A stretch of DNA of 64,000 nt, from assembly GCF_050320075.1 (NCBI RefSeq), contig NZ_CP190018.1, one strand, 5' to 3'. Position 1 is the first letter of the stretch; every line of letters starts with the position of its first letter. The notes beneath the pieces are model-generated. The model made no database searches, was not told the DNA's origin, and was given only the letters and a program-made list of their open reading frames with translations. The translations under genes and the position numbers were made by a program. The DNA comes from Escherichia coli. Lineage in GTDB: Bacteria; Pseudomonadota; Gammaproteobacteria; Enterobacterales; Enterobacteriaceae. This document shows positions 55,235 to 64,000 of the stretch, piece by piece.

Positions 55235-55444
55235 AGAGCTTCCTTTTGGTGTCGCCTTCCCAGGCGTCTGATATGCTTTTGTGCAACAGTGAGTCAGAAC
55301 TGACATCTGACTCACTGATAGTAAAGTCTGTTTGAACTCTTCAGGCCTTAAGTAAACGACTCGACGTTTATCGGCCTGGCTTTGAGGCGCAACATACTAC
55401 ACTATCTTTATGGTTAAAGCTTGTTTCGATTAACGTCGATTTGG

Positions 55445-57340
55445 TTACCAACCACCACCGCCTCCGCCACCCGCACCGCCGCCAGCACCACCACCGGAAT
55501 AGCTTCGCCCCAACAAACTGGTATAGGCCCCGCAACTCAGGTGCGTCTGCAATGAGAATAAAACGCCACTACGGGCAATTTCCGGGGCGCTAACAGCCGC
55601 TGTGAGTGATGGGGTGATACGTTCTGCCCATTCTCTACCAAGGTTTGCCGAGACCGCCCAACCTAACAACGCGTAATCCAGTTTCCGTGTTTCCCCTTTC
55701 CGCCGCCGCCCACTGTGTGTTGCCGCCTCTTTACGCGCAAGATAGTTAACGATAGCTTCACCGTGGGCATAACGTTGCTGCCCAGTTTGGGTAAACTTTG
55801 GCAGAAAAATATACCCCATGCCAGTGAGATAACCGGTCAGGACAACAGCGCTAAAATAACCCGCTGGCATATACCAGTAAAAGAATACATCTCCGACATT
55901 GATATAGAGAGAATAGAAGGCCACACCTGAACAAATCAGTGGTAAAAACAAAGTGATGATTACACGATTAACGCAAGGCTTGTCATCATCGCGGGCAAAC
56001 AAAAGCTCAAGGGAACAAAATAAAAAAGGAAGAAGCCAGCAGATCATAATAAACATATCGCCCACCAGACTCATTCCTGCCCAGCCTACGGGACTCAGGT
56101 TACCGTAGAGAATGACCGCCAATATTGCCATTCCGCCCCATTGCAAAAACGCATCAGGTCGGTAAAACGAAGACTTTTTACGCGGCAGATAAAATTTCTG
56201 CATCCGTAAAAATGCCCTGCGTAACACTCTGTTGCGTCTCCCCGTAAGAACGACCTTATCGCCTTTACGAAATAACGCTTCCAGTAATAACTGCTCTGCG
56301 GGCAGTAATACCGCATTATTTCTGGTCGCGCCTTCATTAACACGAATCAGGATTTGCTGGTTCTTGTCATACTGATCTTCCAGATGAATTTTGCCTTTCA
56401 CAATCAGATTTACGATATCGGCACAAAAACCTTTATCGTCGTAAACCAGCTTCGCATCGAGACGTAACATGCCGGGCGTGTAATCTGGCGGAATGACATC
56501 GGTTTCAATCACATCTACCGGCGTAAATTGCGGCCTGCGCTTCCAGAGATATAACCATCCACAAACCATGAGCAGACACGGAAACCAAATTAACAACGAT
56601 GACGTGGAGGGTAAAAGAAGATGGCTGAAAATATTCGTCGTTTGTAGAGCCGGGGCATTGCTAAGTAAAGCGTGAGGCCAGCGATAGAGGACCGTGAAGT
56701 CTTCACGATAAAACGGATCGCGGGATTCAATTCTTCCGTCCTCAAGGATGCGGCCATTTCGATATGTGTCGCCCTCTTCTCCGGTAAAGAGATCAATTTC
56801 GCTAAATGGATTACCCGCAATATTAGAGATCTGGAGAGAAAATCGGGTCTTATAAATTTCAAACGGCCACTTGTTACCGGTCACGTTCCAGATTAACAGA
56901 TCAGAATCTCCCTCACGCAGGAAAGCATTTTTAACCTGATAATGAATTTGATAATGATAGTCACCTTGAGGCAAGAAACGTTGTTTATCGCCCACGACAA
57001 TACTCATTAAACCGATATGCCAGTCAAGATGCCAGGGTTCAGGAACACCATCACGGGTGACGCCAACAATATGATAGTTCAGCAGTGCAGCGTCACCATC
57101 AGGCTGCATCCATAGTCGTGGTAAATCACGATAAAATCCGTGCTTAATCTGCTGATTTCGCGCCTGAAAATGAATGTTCTCTTTGATGTCGAGCACCCCA
57201 TCCAGTTGCAGGGTGGCTTCAACATCAAAGAGCGAGATCCCTTCTTCATAAGAAGGGATCTCCGTGTTTTCTGCATAACTTAGAGATGATACAAACAGCC
57301 CTGCTATCAACAGCAAAATGCAGCGAAACTTCCCTGCCAT
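55445..57340 (-). CDS. yciQ: Inner-membrane protein YciQ (DUF2207)
   Basis: 631 aa; signal/TM N-terminus, several TM helices, C-terminal Gly-rich tail (SYSGGGAGGGAGGGGGGGW). Confidence 0.85.
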   Translation of the reverse strand: MAGKFRCILLLIAGLFVSSLSYAENTEIPSYEEGISLFDVEATLQLDGVLDIKENIHFQARNQQIKHGFYRDLPRLWMQPDGDAALLNYHIVGVTRDGVPEPWHLDWHIGLMSIVVGDKQRFLPQGDYHYQIHYQVKNAFLREGDSDLLIWNVTGNKWPFEIYKTRFSLQISNIAGNPFSEIDLFTGEEGDTYRNGRILEDGRIESRDPFYREDFTVLYRWPHALLSNAPALQTTNIFSHLLLPSTSSLLIWFPCLLMVCGWLYLWKRRPQFTPVDVIETDVIPPDYTPGMLRLDAKLVYDDKGFCADIVNLIVKGKIHLEDQYDKNQQILIRVNEGATRNNAVLLPAEQLLLEALFRKGDKVVLTGRRNRVLRRAFLRMQKFYLPRKKSSFYRPDAFLQWGGMAILAVILYGNLSPVGWAGMSLVGDMFIMICWLLPFLFCSLELLFARDDDKPCVNRVIITLFLPLICSGVAFYSLYINVGDVFFYWYMPAGYFSAVVLTGYLTGMGYIFLPKFTQTGQQRYAHGEAIVNYLARKEAATHSGRRRKGETRKLDYALLGWAVSANLGREWAERITPSLTAAVSAPEIARSGVLFSLQTHLSCGAYTSLLGRSYSGGGAGGGAGGGGGGGW

Positions 57341-57367
57341 AGTCTTCCATCCGTGGAACGCAATTTG

Positions 57368-57988
57368 TTATAAGAAAGGCTTCACATCACCTACGCCTTC
57401 ACGCACCACGACCGGCGTATCATCAGTAAGATCAATAACCGTTGTTGGTTTCTGCCCGAGATAGCCGCCGTGAATAATCAAATCTACCTGTTTTTCCAGA
57501 CGGTCTTTAATTTCTTCCGGATCGGATTCGGTAAATTCGCTACCTGGCAGCATCAGTGATGTGGAAAGCATCGGTTCGCCCAATGCTTCAAGCAGCGCCT
57601 GCGCAATCGGGTTAGAAGGCACACGCATACCGATGGTTTTGCGTTTTTCCTGCAACAGACGGCGTGGCACCTCCTTCGTCCCTTTCAGGATGAAGGTGTA
57701 GTTGCCCGGCGTGTTGTTTTTCATTAAACGAAACGCAACGTTATCCACGAATGAATAGGTCGAGAGCTCAGAAAGATCGCGACACATCAGGGTAAAGTTG
57801 TGACCGTCCGGCAGCTGGCGAATACGACAAATACGCTCCATGGCGTTTTTATCTTCAATTTTACAGCCGAGCGCATAGCCGGAATCAGTTGGATAAACAA
57901 TCACCCCGCCTTTACGCACGATCTCCACCGCCTGGTTGATCAGACGTTGCTGCGGGTTATCAGGATGAATATAAAAAAACTGGCTCAT
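57368..57988 (-). CDS. yciO: Sua5/YciO/YrdC-family dsRNA-binding protein YciO
   Basis: The in-frame start MSQFFYIHPDNPQQRLINQAVEIVRKGGVIVYPTDSGYALGC… gives 206 aa. Confidence 0.9.
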   Translation of the reverse strand: MSQFFYIHPDNPQQRLINQAVEIVRKGGVIVYPTDSGYALGCKIEDKNAMERICRIRQLPDGHNFTLMCRDLSELSTYSFVDNVAFRLMKNNTPGNYTFILKGTKEVPRRLLQEKRKTIGMRVPSNPIAQALLEALGEPMLSTSLMLPGSEFTESDPEEIKDRLEKQVDLIIHGGYLGQKPTTVIDLTDDTPVVVREGVGDVKPFL

Positions 57989-58866
57989 AATTCCCTCTCT
58001 GTGGTGTTCTGCGGCTGTTCCCATAGCTGCCAGACGCCTTCAACGCCTGCAGGCAGCCAGAGTTTACGACCCAGTTCAATCCACGGGCACGGCTGATGAA
58101 AATCAGATCCTTGTGATGCCCATAAATGATGCTGACGCGCAAGTGTGGCCAGCTGGGTGCGTTCATTGGGCGATTGCTGGCACTGCGCGACTTCCATCGC
58201 GTCGCCGTGGTGTTCGGCAAAATGCGCAACCAATCTTTTCAGCCATTTAGCACTAAGATTGTACCGCCCAGGATGAGCTAGCACCGCCTTACCGCCAGAA
58301 TGATGAATGACATCAATAGCTTGTTCTATTGTACACCACTGTGGCGGAACGTATCCGGTTTTCCCGCGCGCCAGATATTTTTTAAAGACATCCGCCATTG
58401 AACTGGCTTTGCCGCACTCCACAAGGAAACGCGCAAAATGACCGCGCGTCACCGCACCGCCCTGCGCCAGTCGTTGCGCGCCTTCCAGCGCCCCAGGTAT
58501 TTGCGCTTTTTCAAGTCTTTCAGCAATCAGCTGCGCCCGCTGATTGCGCCGTTCTGTCTGCTGCGCGAGGAACTCACACATTAGCGGATGAGTAATATCA
58601 ATATTCAGCCCGACAATATGAATTTCATGATTTTCCCAGACCGTGGAAATTTCCACGCCGGGAATAAGATTCAGCGCCAGTCCCGAACGTGAAATTTCCT
58701 CTCTTGCTGGTGAGATTGCAGCTGTGGTGTCATGGTCGGTGATCGCCAGGGTGCCGACGCGCATCTCGACTGCACGGTGCACCAATGCTTCTGGCGTCAG
58801 GCAGCCATCGGAAGCTGTGGTATGGCTGTGCAGGTCGTAAATCACTGCGTAATTCGTGTCGCTCAA
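57985..58866 (-). CDS. trpH: PHP-domain phosphoesterase TrpH (YciV)
   Basis: 293 aa, MSDTNYAVIYDLHSHTTASDGCLTPEALVHRAVEM…; overlaps the yciO start by 4 nt. Confidence 0.9.
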   Translation of the reverse strand: MSDTNYAVIYDLHSHTTASDGCLTPEALVHRAVEMRVGTLAITDHDTTAAISPAREEISRSGLALNLIPGVEISTVWENHEIHIVGLNIDITHPLMCEFLAQQTERRNQRAQLIAERLEKAQIPGALEGAQRLAQGGAVTRGHFARFLVECGKASSMADVFKKYLARGKTGYVPPQWCTIEQAIDVIHHSGGKAVLAHPGRYNLSAKWLKRLVAHFAEHHGDAMEVAQCQQSPNERTQLATLARQHHLWASQGSDFHQPCPWIELGRKLWLPAGVEGVWQLWEQPQNTTEREL

Positions 58867-58941
58867 GGCGCACTCCCGTTCTGGATAATGTTTTTTGCGC
58901 CGACATCATAACGGTTCTGGCAAATATTCTGAAATGAGCTG

Positions 58942-58980
58942 TTGACAATTAATCATCGAACTAGTTAACTAGTACGCAAG
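58942..58980 (+). promoter_or_regulatory. trp promoter (-35 TTGACA, -10 TTAACT) with overlapping TrpR operator
   Basis: gagctgTTGACAattaatcatCGAACTAGTTAACTAGTACGcaagttcacg is the classical trp promoter/operator; the operator is the palindrome around ACTAGTTAACTAGT. Confidence 0.9.
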
Positions 58981-59003
58981 TTCACGTAAAAAGGGTATCG
59001 ACA

Positions 59004-59048
59004 ATGAAAGCAATTTTCGTACTGAAAGGTTGGTGGCGCACTTCCTGA
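59004..59048 (+). CDS. trpL: trp operon leader peptide
   Basis: atgaaagcaattttcgtactgaaaggttggtggcgcacttcctga encodes [14 protein letters not shown] with the tandem Trp codons. Confidence 0.9.
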
Positions 59049-59089
59049 AACGGGCAGTGTATTCACCATGCGTAAAGCAATCAGATACC

Positions 59090-59118
59090 CAGCCCGCCTA
59101 ATGAGCGGGCTTTTTTTT
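59090..59118 (+). terminator. trp attenuator (3:4 terminator hairpin plus U-run)
   Basis: cagcccgcctaatgagcgggc followed by tttttttt, ~20 nt upstream of trpE. Confidence 0.9.
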
Positions 59119-59139
59119 GAACAAAATTAGAGAATAACA

Positions 59140-60702
59140 ATGCAAACACAAAAACCGACTCTCGAACTGCTAACCTGCGAAGGCACTTATCGCGACAACC
59201 CGACTGCGCTTTTTCACCAGTTGTGTGGGAATCGTCCAGCAACGCTGCTGCTGGAATCCGCAGATATCGACAGCAAAGATGATTTAAAAAGCCTGCTGCT
59301 GATAGACAGTGCGCTGCGCATTACAGCATTAGGTGACACTGTCACAATTCAGGCACTTTCTGGCAATGGCGAAGCCCTGCTGGCACTACTGGATAACGCC
59401 CTGCCTGCGGGTGTGGAAAGTGAACAATCACCAAACTGCCGTGTGCTGCGCTTCCCCCCTGTCAGTCCACTGCTGGATGAAGACGCCCGCTTATGCTCCC
59501 TTTCTGTTTTTAACGCTTTCCGTTTATTGCAGAATCTGTTGAATGTACCGAAGGAAGAACGAGAAGCCATGTTCTTCGGCGGCCTGTTCTCTTATGACCT
59601 TGTGGCGGGATTTGAAGATTTACCGCAACTGGCAGCGGAAAATAACTGTCCTGATTTCTGCTTTTATCTCGCAGAAACGCTGATGGTGATTGACCATCAG
59701 AAAAAAAGCACCCGCATTCAGGCCAGCCTGTTTGCTCCGAATGAAGAAGAAAAACAACGTCTCACTGCTCGCCTGAACGATCTTCGCCAGCAGCTGACCG
59801 AAGCCGCGCCACCGCTGCCGGTGGTTTCCGTGCCGCATATGCGTTGTGAATGTAATCAGAGCGATGAAGAGTTCGGTGGCGTAGTGCGTTTGTTGCAAAA
59901 AGCGATTCGCGCTGGAGAAATTTTCCAGGTGGTGCCATCTCGCCGTTTCTCTCTGCCCTGCCCGTCACCGCTGGCGGCCTATTACGTGCTGAAAAAGAGT
60001 AATCCCAGCCCGTACATGTTTTTTATGCAGGATAATGATTTCACCCTGTTTGGCGCGTCGCCGGAAAGTTCGCTCAAGTATGACGCCACCAGCCGCCAGA
60101 TTGAGATCTACCCGATTGCCGGAACACGCCCGCGCGGTCGTCGCGCCGATGGCTCGCTGGACAGAGACCTCGACAGCCGCATCGAACTGGAAATGCGTAC
60201 CGATCATAAAGAGCTTTCTGAACATCTGATGCTGGTGGATCTCGCCCGTAATGATCTGGCACGCATTTGCACCCCCGGCAGCCGCTACGTCGCCGATCTC
60301 ACCAAAGTTGACCGTTACTCTTACGTGATGCACCTGGTCTCCCGCGTGGTCGGTGAGCTGCGCCACGATCTCGACGCCCTGCACGCTTACCGCGCCTGTA
60401 TGAATATGGGGACGTTAAGCGGTGCGCCGAAAGTACGCGCTATGCAGTTAATTGCCGAGGCGGAAGGTCGTCGCCGCGGCAGCTACGGCGGCGCGGTAGG
60501 TTATTTCACCGCGCATGGCGATCTCGACACCTGCATTGTGATCCGCTCGGCGCTGGTGGAAAACGGTATCGCCACCGTGCAAGCCGGTGCTGGCGTGGTA
60601 CTTGATTCTGTTCCGCAGTCGGAAGCCGACGAAACCCGTAATAAAGCCCGCGCTGTACTGCGCGCTATTGCCACCGCGCATCATGCACAGGAGACGTTCT
60701 GA
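59140..60702 (+). CDS. trpE: Anthranilate synthase component I
   Basis: 520 aa, [30 protein letters not shown]…. Confidence 0.95.
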   Translation: MQTQKPTLELLTCEGTYRDNPTALFHQLCGNRPATLLLESADIDSKDDLKSLLLIDSALRITALGDTVTIQALSGNGEALLALLDNALPAGVESEQSPNCRVLRFPPVSPLLDEDARLCSLSVFNAFRLLQNLLNVPKEEREAMFFGGLFSYDLVAGFEDLPQLAAENNCPDFCFYLAETLMVIDHQKKSTRIQASLFAPNEEEKQRLTARLNDLRQQLTEAAPPLPVVSVPHMRCECNQSDEEFGGVVRLLQKAIRAGEIFQVVPSRRFSLPCPSPLAAYYVLKKSNPSPYMFFMQDNDFTLFGASPESSLKYDATSRQIEIYPIAGTRPRGRRADGSLDRDLDSRIELEMRTDHKELSEHLMLVDLARNDLARICTPGSRYVADLTKVDRYSYVMHLVSRVVGELRHDLDALHAYRACMNMGTLSGAPKVRAMQLIAEAEGRRRGSYGGAVGYFTAHGDLDTCIVIRSALVENGIATVQAGAGVVLDSVPQSEADETRNKARAVLRAIATAHHAQETF

Positions 60703-62297
60703 TGGCTGACATTCTGCTGCTCGATAATATCGACTCTTTTACTTACAACCTGGCAGATCAGTTGCGCAGCAATGGTCATAACGTGGTGATTTACCGCAAC
60801 CATATTCCGGCGCAGACCTTAATTGAACGCCTGGCGACAATGAGCAATCCGGTGCTGATGCTTTCTCCTGGCCCCGGTGTGCCAAGTGAAGCCGGTTGTA
60901 TGCCGGAACTCCTCACCCGCCTGCGCGGCAAGCTGCCAATTATTGGCATTTGCCTCGGTCATCAGGCGATTGTCGAAGCTTATGGGGGGTATGTCGGTCA
61001 AGCGGGCGAAATTCTTCACGGTAAAGCCTCCAGCATTGAACATGACGGTCAGGCGATGTTTGCCGGATTAACAAACCCGCTGCCAGTGGCGCGTTATCAC
61101 TCGCTGGTTGGCAGTAACATTCCGGCCGGTTTAACCATCAACGCCCATTTTAATGGCATGGTGATGGCGGTGCGTCACGATGCAGATCGCGTTTGTGGAT
61201 TCCAGTTCCATCCGGAATCCATTCTTACTACCCAGGGCGCTCGCCTGCTGGAACAAACATTGGCCTGGGCGCAGCAGAAACTGGAACCGACTAACACGCT
61301 GCAACCGATTCTGGAAAAACTGTATCAGGCGCAGACGCTTAGCCAGCAAGAAAGCCACCAGCTGTTTTCAGCGGTGGTGCGTGGCGAGCTGAAGCCAGAA
61401 CAGCTCGCGGCGGCGCTGGTGAGCATGAAAATTCGCGGCGAGCACCCGAACGAAATCGCCGGGGCAGCAACTGCCCTTCTGGAAAATGCTGCGCCATTCC
61501 CGCGCCCGGATTATCTGTTTGCCGATATCGTCGGCACCGGTGGTGACGGCAGCAACAGTATCAATATTTCTACCGCCAGTGCGTTTGTCGCCGCGGCCTG
61601 TGGGCTGAAAGTGGCGAAACACGGCAACCGTAGTGTCTCCAGTAAATCCGGTTCGTCGGATCTGCTGGCGGCATTCGGTATTAATCTTGATATGAACGCC
61701 GATAAATCGCGCCAGGCGCTGGATGAGTTAGGCGTCTGTTTCCTCTTTGCGCCGAAATATCACACCGGATTTCGCCACGCGATGCCGGTTCGCCAGCAAC
61801 TGAAAACCCGCACCCTGTTCAACGTGCTGGGGCCACTGATTAACCCGGCGCATCCTCCGCTGGCGTTAATTGGTGTTTATAGTCCGGAACTGGTGCTACC
61901 GATTGCCGAAACCTTGCGCGTGCTGGGGTATCAACGCGCGGCAGTGGTGCACAGCGGCGGGATGGATGAAGTTTCATTACACGCGCCGACAATCGTTGCC
62001 GAACTGCATGACGGCGAAATTAAGAGCTATCAATTGACCGCTGAAGATTTTGGCCTGACCCCCTACCACCAGGAGCAACTGGCAGGTGGAACACCGGAAG
62101 AAAACCGTGACATTTTAACACGCTTGTTACAAGGTAAAGGCGACGCCGCCCATGAAGCAGCCGTCGCGGCGAATGTCGCCATGTTAATGCGCCTGCATGG
62201 CCATGAAGATCTGCAAGCCAATGCGCAAACTGTTCTTGAGGTACTGCGCAGTGGTTCCGCTTACGACAGAGTCACCGCACTGGCGGCACGAGGGTAA
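60702..62297 (+). CDS. trpD: Bifunctional anthranilate synthase component II / anthranilate phosphoribosyltransferase
   Basis: 531 aa; start overlaps the trpE stop (…TGATGG…); N-terminal glutamine amidotransferase plus PRTase domain. Confidence 0.95.
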   Translation: MADILLLDNIDSFTYNLADQLRSNGHNVVIYRNHIPAQTLIERLATMSNPVLMLSPGPGVPSEAGCMPELLTRLRGKLPIIGICLGHQAIVEAYGGYVGQAGEILHGKASSIEHDGQAMFAGLTNPLPVARYHSLVGSNIPAGLTINAHFNGMVMAVRHDADRVCGFQFHPESILTTQGARLLEQTLAWAQQKLEPTNTLQPILEKLYQAQTLSQQESHQLFSAVVRGELKPEQLAAALVSMKIRGEHPNEIAGAATALLENAAPFPRPDYLFADIVGTGGDGSNSINISTASAFVAAACGLKVAKHGNRSVSSKSGSSDLLAAFGINLDMNADKSRQALDELGVCFLFAPKYHTGFRHAMPVRQQLKTRTLFNVLGPLINPAHPPLALIGVYSPELVLPIAETLRVLGYQRAAVVHSGGMDEVSLHAPTIVAELHDGEIKSYQLTAEDFGLTPYHQEQLAGGTPEENRDILTRLLQGKGDAAHEAAVAANVAMLMRLHGHEDLQANAQTVLEVLRSGSAYDRVTALAARG

Positions 62298-63659
62298 ATG
62301 ATGCAAACCGTTTTAGCGAAAATCGTCGCAGACAAGGCGATTTGGGTAGAAACCCGCAAACAGCAGCAACCGCTGGCCAGTTTTCAGAATGAGATTCAGC
62401 CGAGCACGCGACATTTTTATGATGCGCTACAGGGTGCACGCACGGCGTTTATTCTTGAGTGCAAGAAAGCCTCGCCGTCAAAAGGCGTGATCCGTGATGA
62501 TTTCGATCCGGCACGCATTGCCGCCATTTATAAACATTACGCTTCGGCAATTTCGGTGCTGACTGATGAGAAATATTTTCAGGGGAGCTTTGATTTCCTC
62601 CCAATCGTCAGCCAAATCGCCCCGCAGCCGATTTTATGTAAAGACTTCATTATCGACCCTTACCAGATCTATCTGGCGCGCTATTACCAGGCCGATGCCT
62701 GCTTATTAATGCTTTCAGTACTGGATGACGAACAATATCGCCACCTTGCCGCCGTCGCCCACAGTCTGGAGATGGGCGTGCTTACCGAAGTCAGTAATGA
62801 AGAGGAACTGGAGCGCGCCATTGCATTGGGGGCAAAGGTCGTTGGCATCAACAACCGCGATCTACGTGATTTGTCGATTGATCTCAACCGTACCCGCGAG
62901 CTTGCGCCGAAACTGGGGCACAACGTGACGGTAATCAGCGAATCCGGCATCAATACTTACGCTCAGGTGCGCGAGTTAAGCCACTTCGCTAACGGTTTTC
63001 TGATTGGTTCGGCGTTGATGGCCCATGACGATTTGAACGCCGCCGTGCGCCGGGTGTTGCTGGGTGAGAATAAAGTATGTGGCCTGACGCGTGGGCAAGA
63101 TGCTAGAGCCGCTTATGACGCGGGCGCGATTTACGGTGGGTTGATTTTTGTTACAACGTCACCGCGTTGCGTCAACGTTGAACAGGCGCAGGAAGTGATG
63201 GCTGCGGCACCGTTGCAGTATGTTGGCGTGTTCCGCAATCACGATATTGCCGATGTGGTGGACAAAGCTAAGGTGTTATCGCTGGCGGCAGTGCAACTGC
63301 ATGGTAATGAAGATCAGCTGTATATCGATACGCTGCGTGAAGCTCTGCCAGCACACGTTGCCATCTGGAAAGCATTAAGCGTCGGTGAAACCCTGCCCGC
63401 CCGCGAGCTTCAGCACGTTGATAAATATGTTTTAGACAACGGCCAGGGTGGAAGCGGTCAACGTTTCGACTGGTCACTGTTAAACGGTCAATCGCTTGGC
63501 AACGTTCTGCTGGCGGGGGGCTTAGGCGCAGATAACTGCGTGGAAGCGGCACAAACCGGCTGCGCCGGACTTGATTTTAATTCTGCTGTAGAGTCGCAAC
63601 CGGGCATCAAAGACGCACGTCTTTTGGCCTCGGTTTTCCAGACGCTGCGCGCATATTAA
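62298..63659 (+). CDS. trpC: Bifunctional indole-3-glycerol-phosphate synthase / phosphoribosylanthranilate isomerase
   Basis: 453 aa, [18 protein letters not shown]…. Confidence 0.95.
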
Positions 63660-63670
63660 GGAAAGGAACA

Positions 63671-64000
63671 ATGACAACATTACTTAACCCGTATTTTGGT
63701 GAGTTTGGCGGCATGTACGTGCCACAAATCCTGATGCCTGCTCTGCGCCAGCTGGAAGAAGCTTTTGTCAGCGCGCAAAAAGATCCTGAATTTCAGGCTC
63801 AGTTCAACGACCTGCTGAAAAACTATGCCGGGCGTCCAACCGCACTCACCAAATGCCAGAACATTACGGCTGGCACTAACACCACGCTGTATCTCAAGCG
63901 CGAAGATTTGCTGCACGGCGGCGCGCATAAAACCAACCAGGTGCTCGGCCAGGCTTTGCTGGCGAAGCGGATGGGTAAAACGGAAATCATCGCCGAAACC
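63671..64000 (+). CDS. trpB: Tryptophan synthase beta chain, N-terminal 110 codons (continues past the window end)
   Basis: ATG at 63671 preceded by aggaaagg; [32 protein letters not shown]…; truncated by the window edge. Confidence 0.9.

Overview
This window is an Escherichia coli-type chromosomal segment running from tyrR to the trp operon, reverse-complemented relative to K-12 MG1655 numbering. Gene order is tyrR–ycjF–ycjX | pspEDCBA / pspF | puuEBCR-D / puuAP | ymjA | sapABCDF | [accessory efflux locus] | fabI–yciW–rnb–pdeR–yciZ–yciT–osmB | yciH–pyrF–lapBA–pgpB / ribA | acnA–yciX–ymiA–cysB–topA | yciN | sohB / yciK–btuR | [IS1] | rluB–yciQ–yciO–trpH / trpL-trpEDCB(partial). Almost all of it is well-characterised core genome, recognised from the translated ORFs. 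It differs from the K-12 arrangement as I remember it in three places. (1) A ~7.6 kb five-gene efflux locus (TetR-family regulator, membrane-fusion protein, AcrB-like RND pump, OprM/TolC-like outer-membrane lipoprotein, Bcr/CflA-like MFS transporter) sits between sapF and fabI where K-12 has only ycjD. (2) pspE abuts ycjX with ~118 bp between them, so the ~15 kb ycjM–ycjW/ompG cluster is absent. (3) An IS1 copy lies between the convergent btuR and rluB. The efflux locus is the best candidate for an under-described system, but it is built from well-known protein families and I cannot establish novelty without a database search. No CRISPR array, rRNA, tRNA or prophage-like block was seen. Gene boundaries are taken from the ORF track, with starts adjusted to in-frame codons that reproduce the K-12 protein lengths I remember. 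Short motifs were placed by hand and may be off by a few nucleotides.
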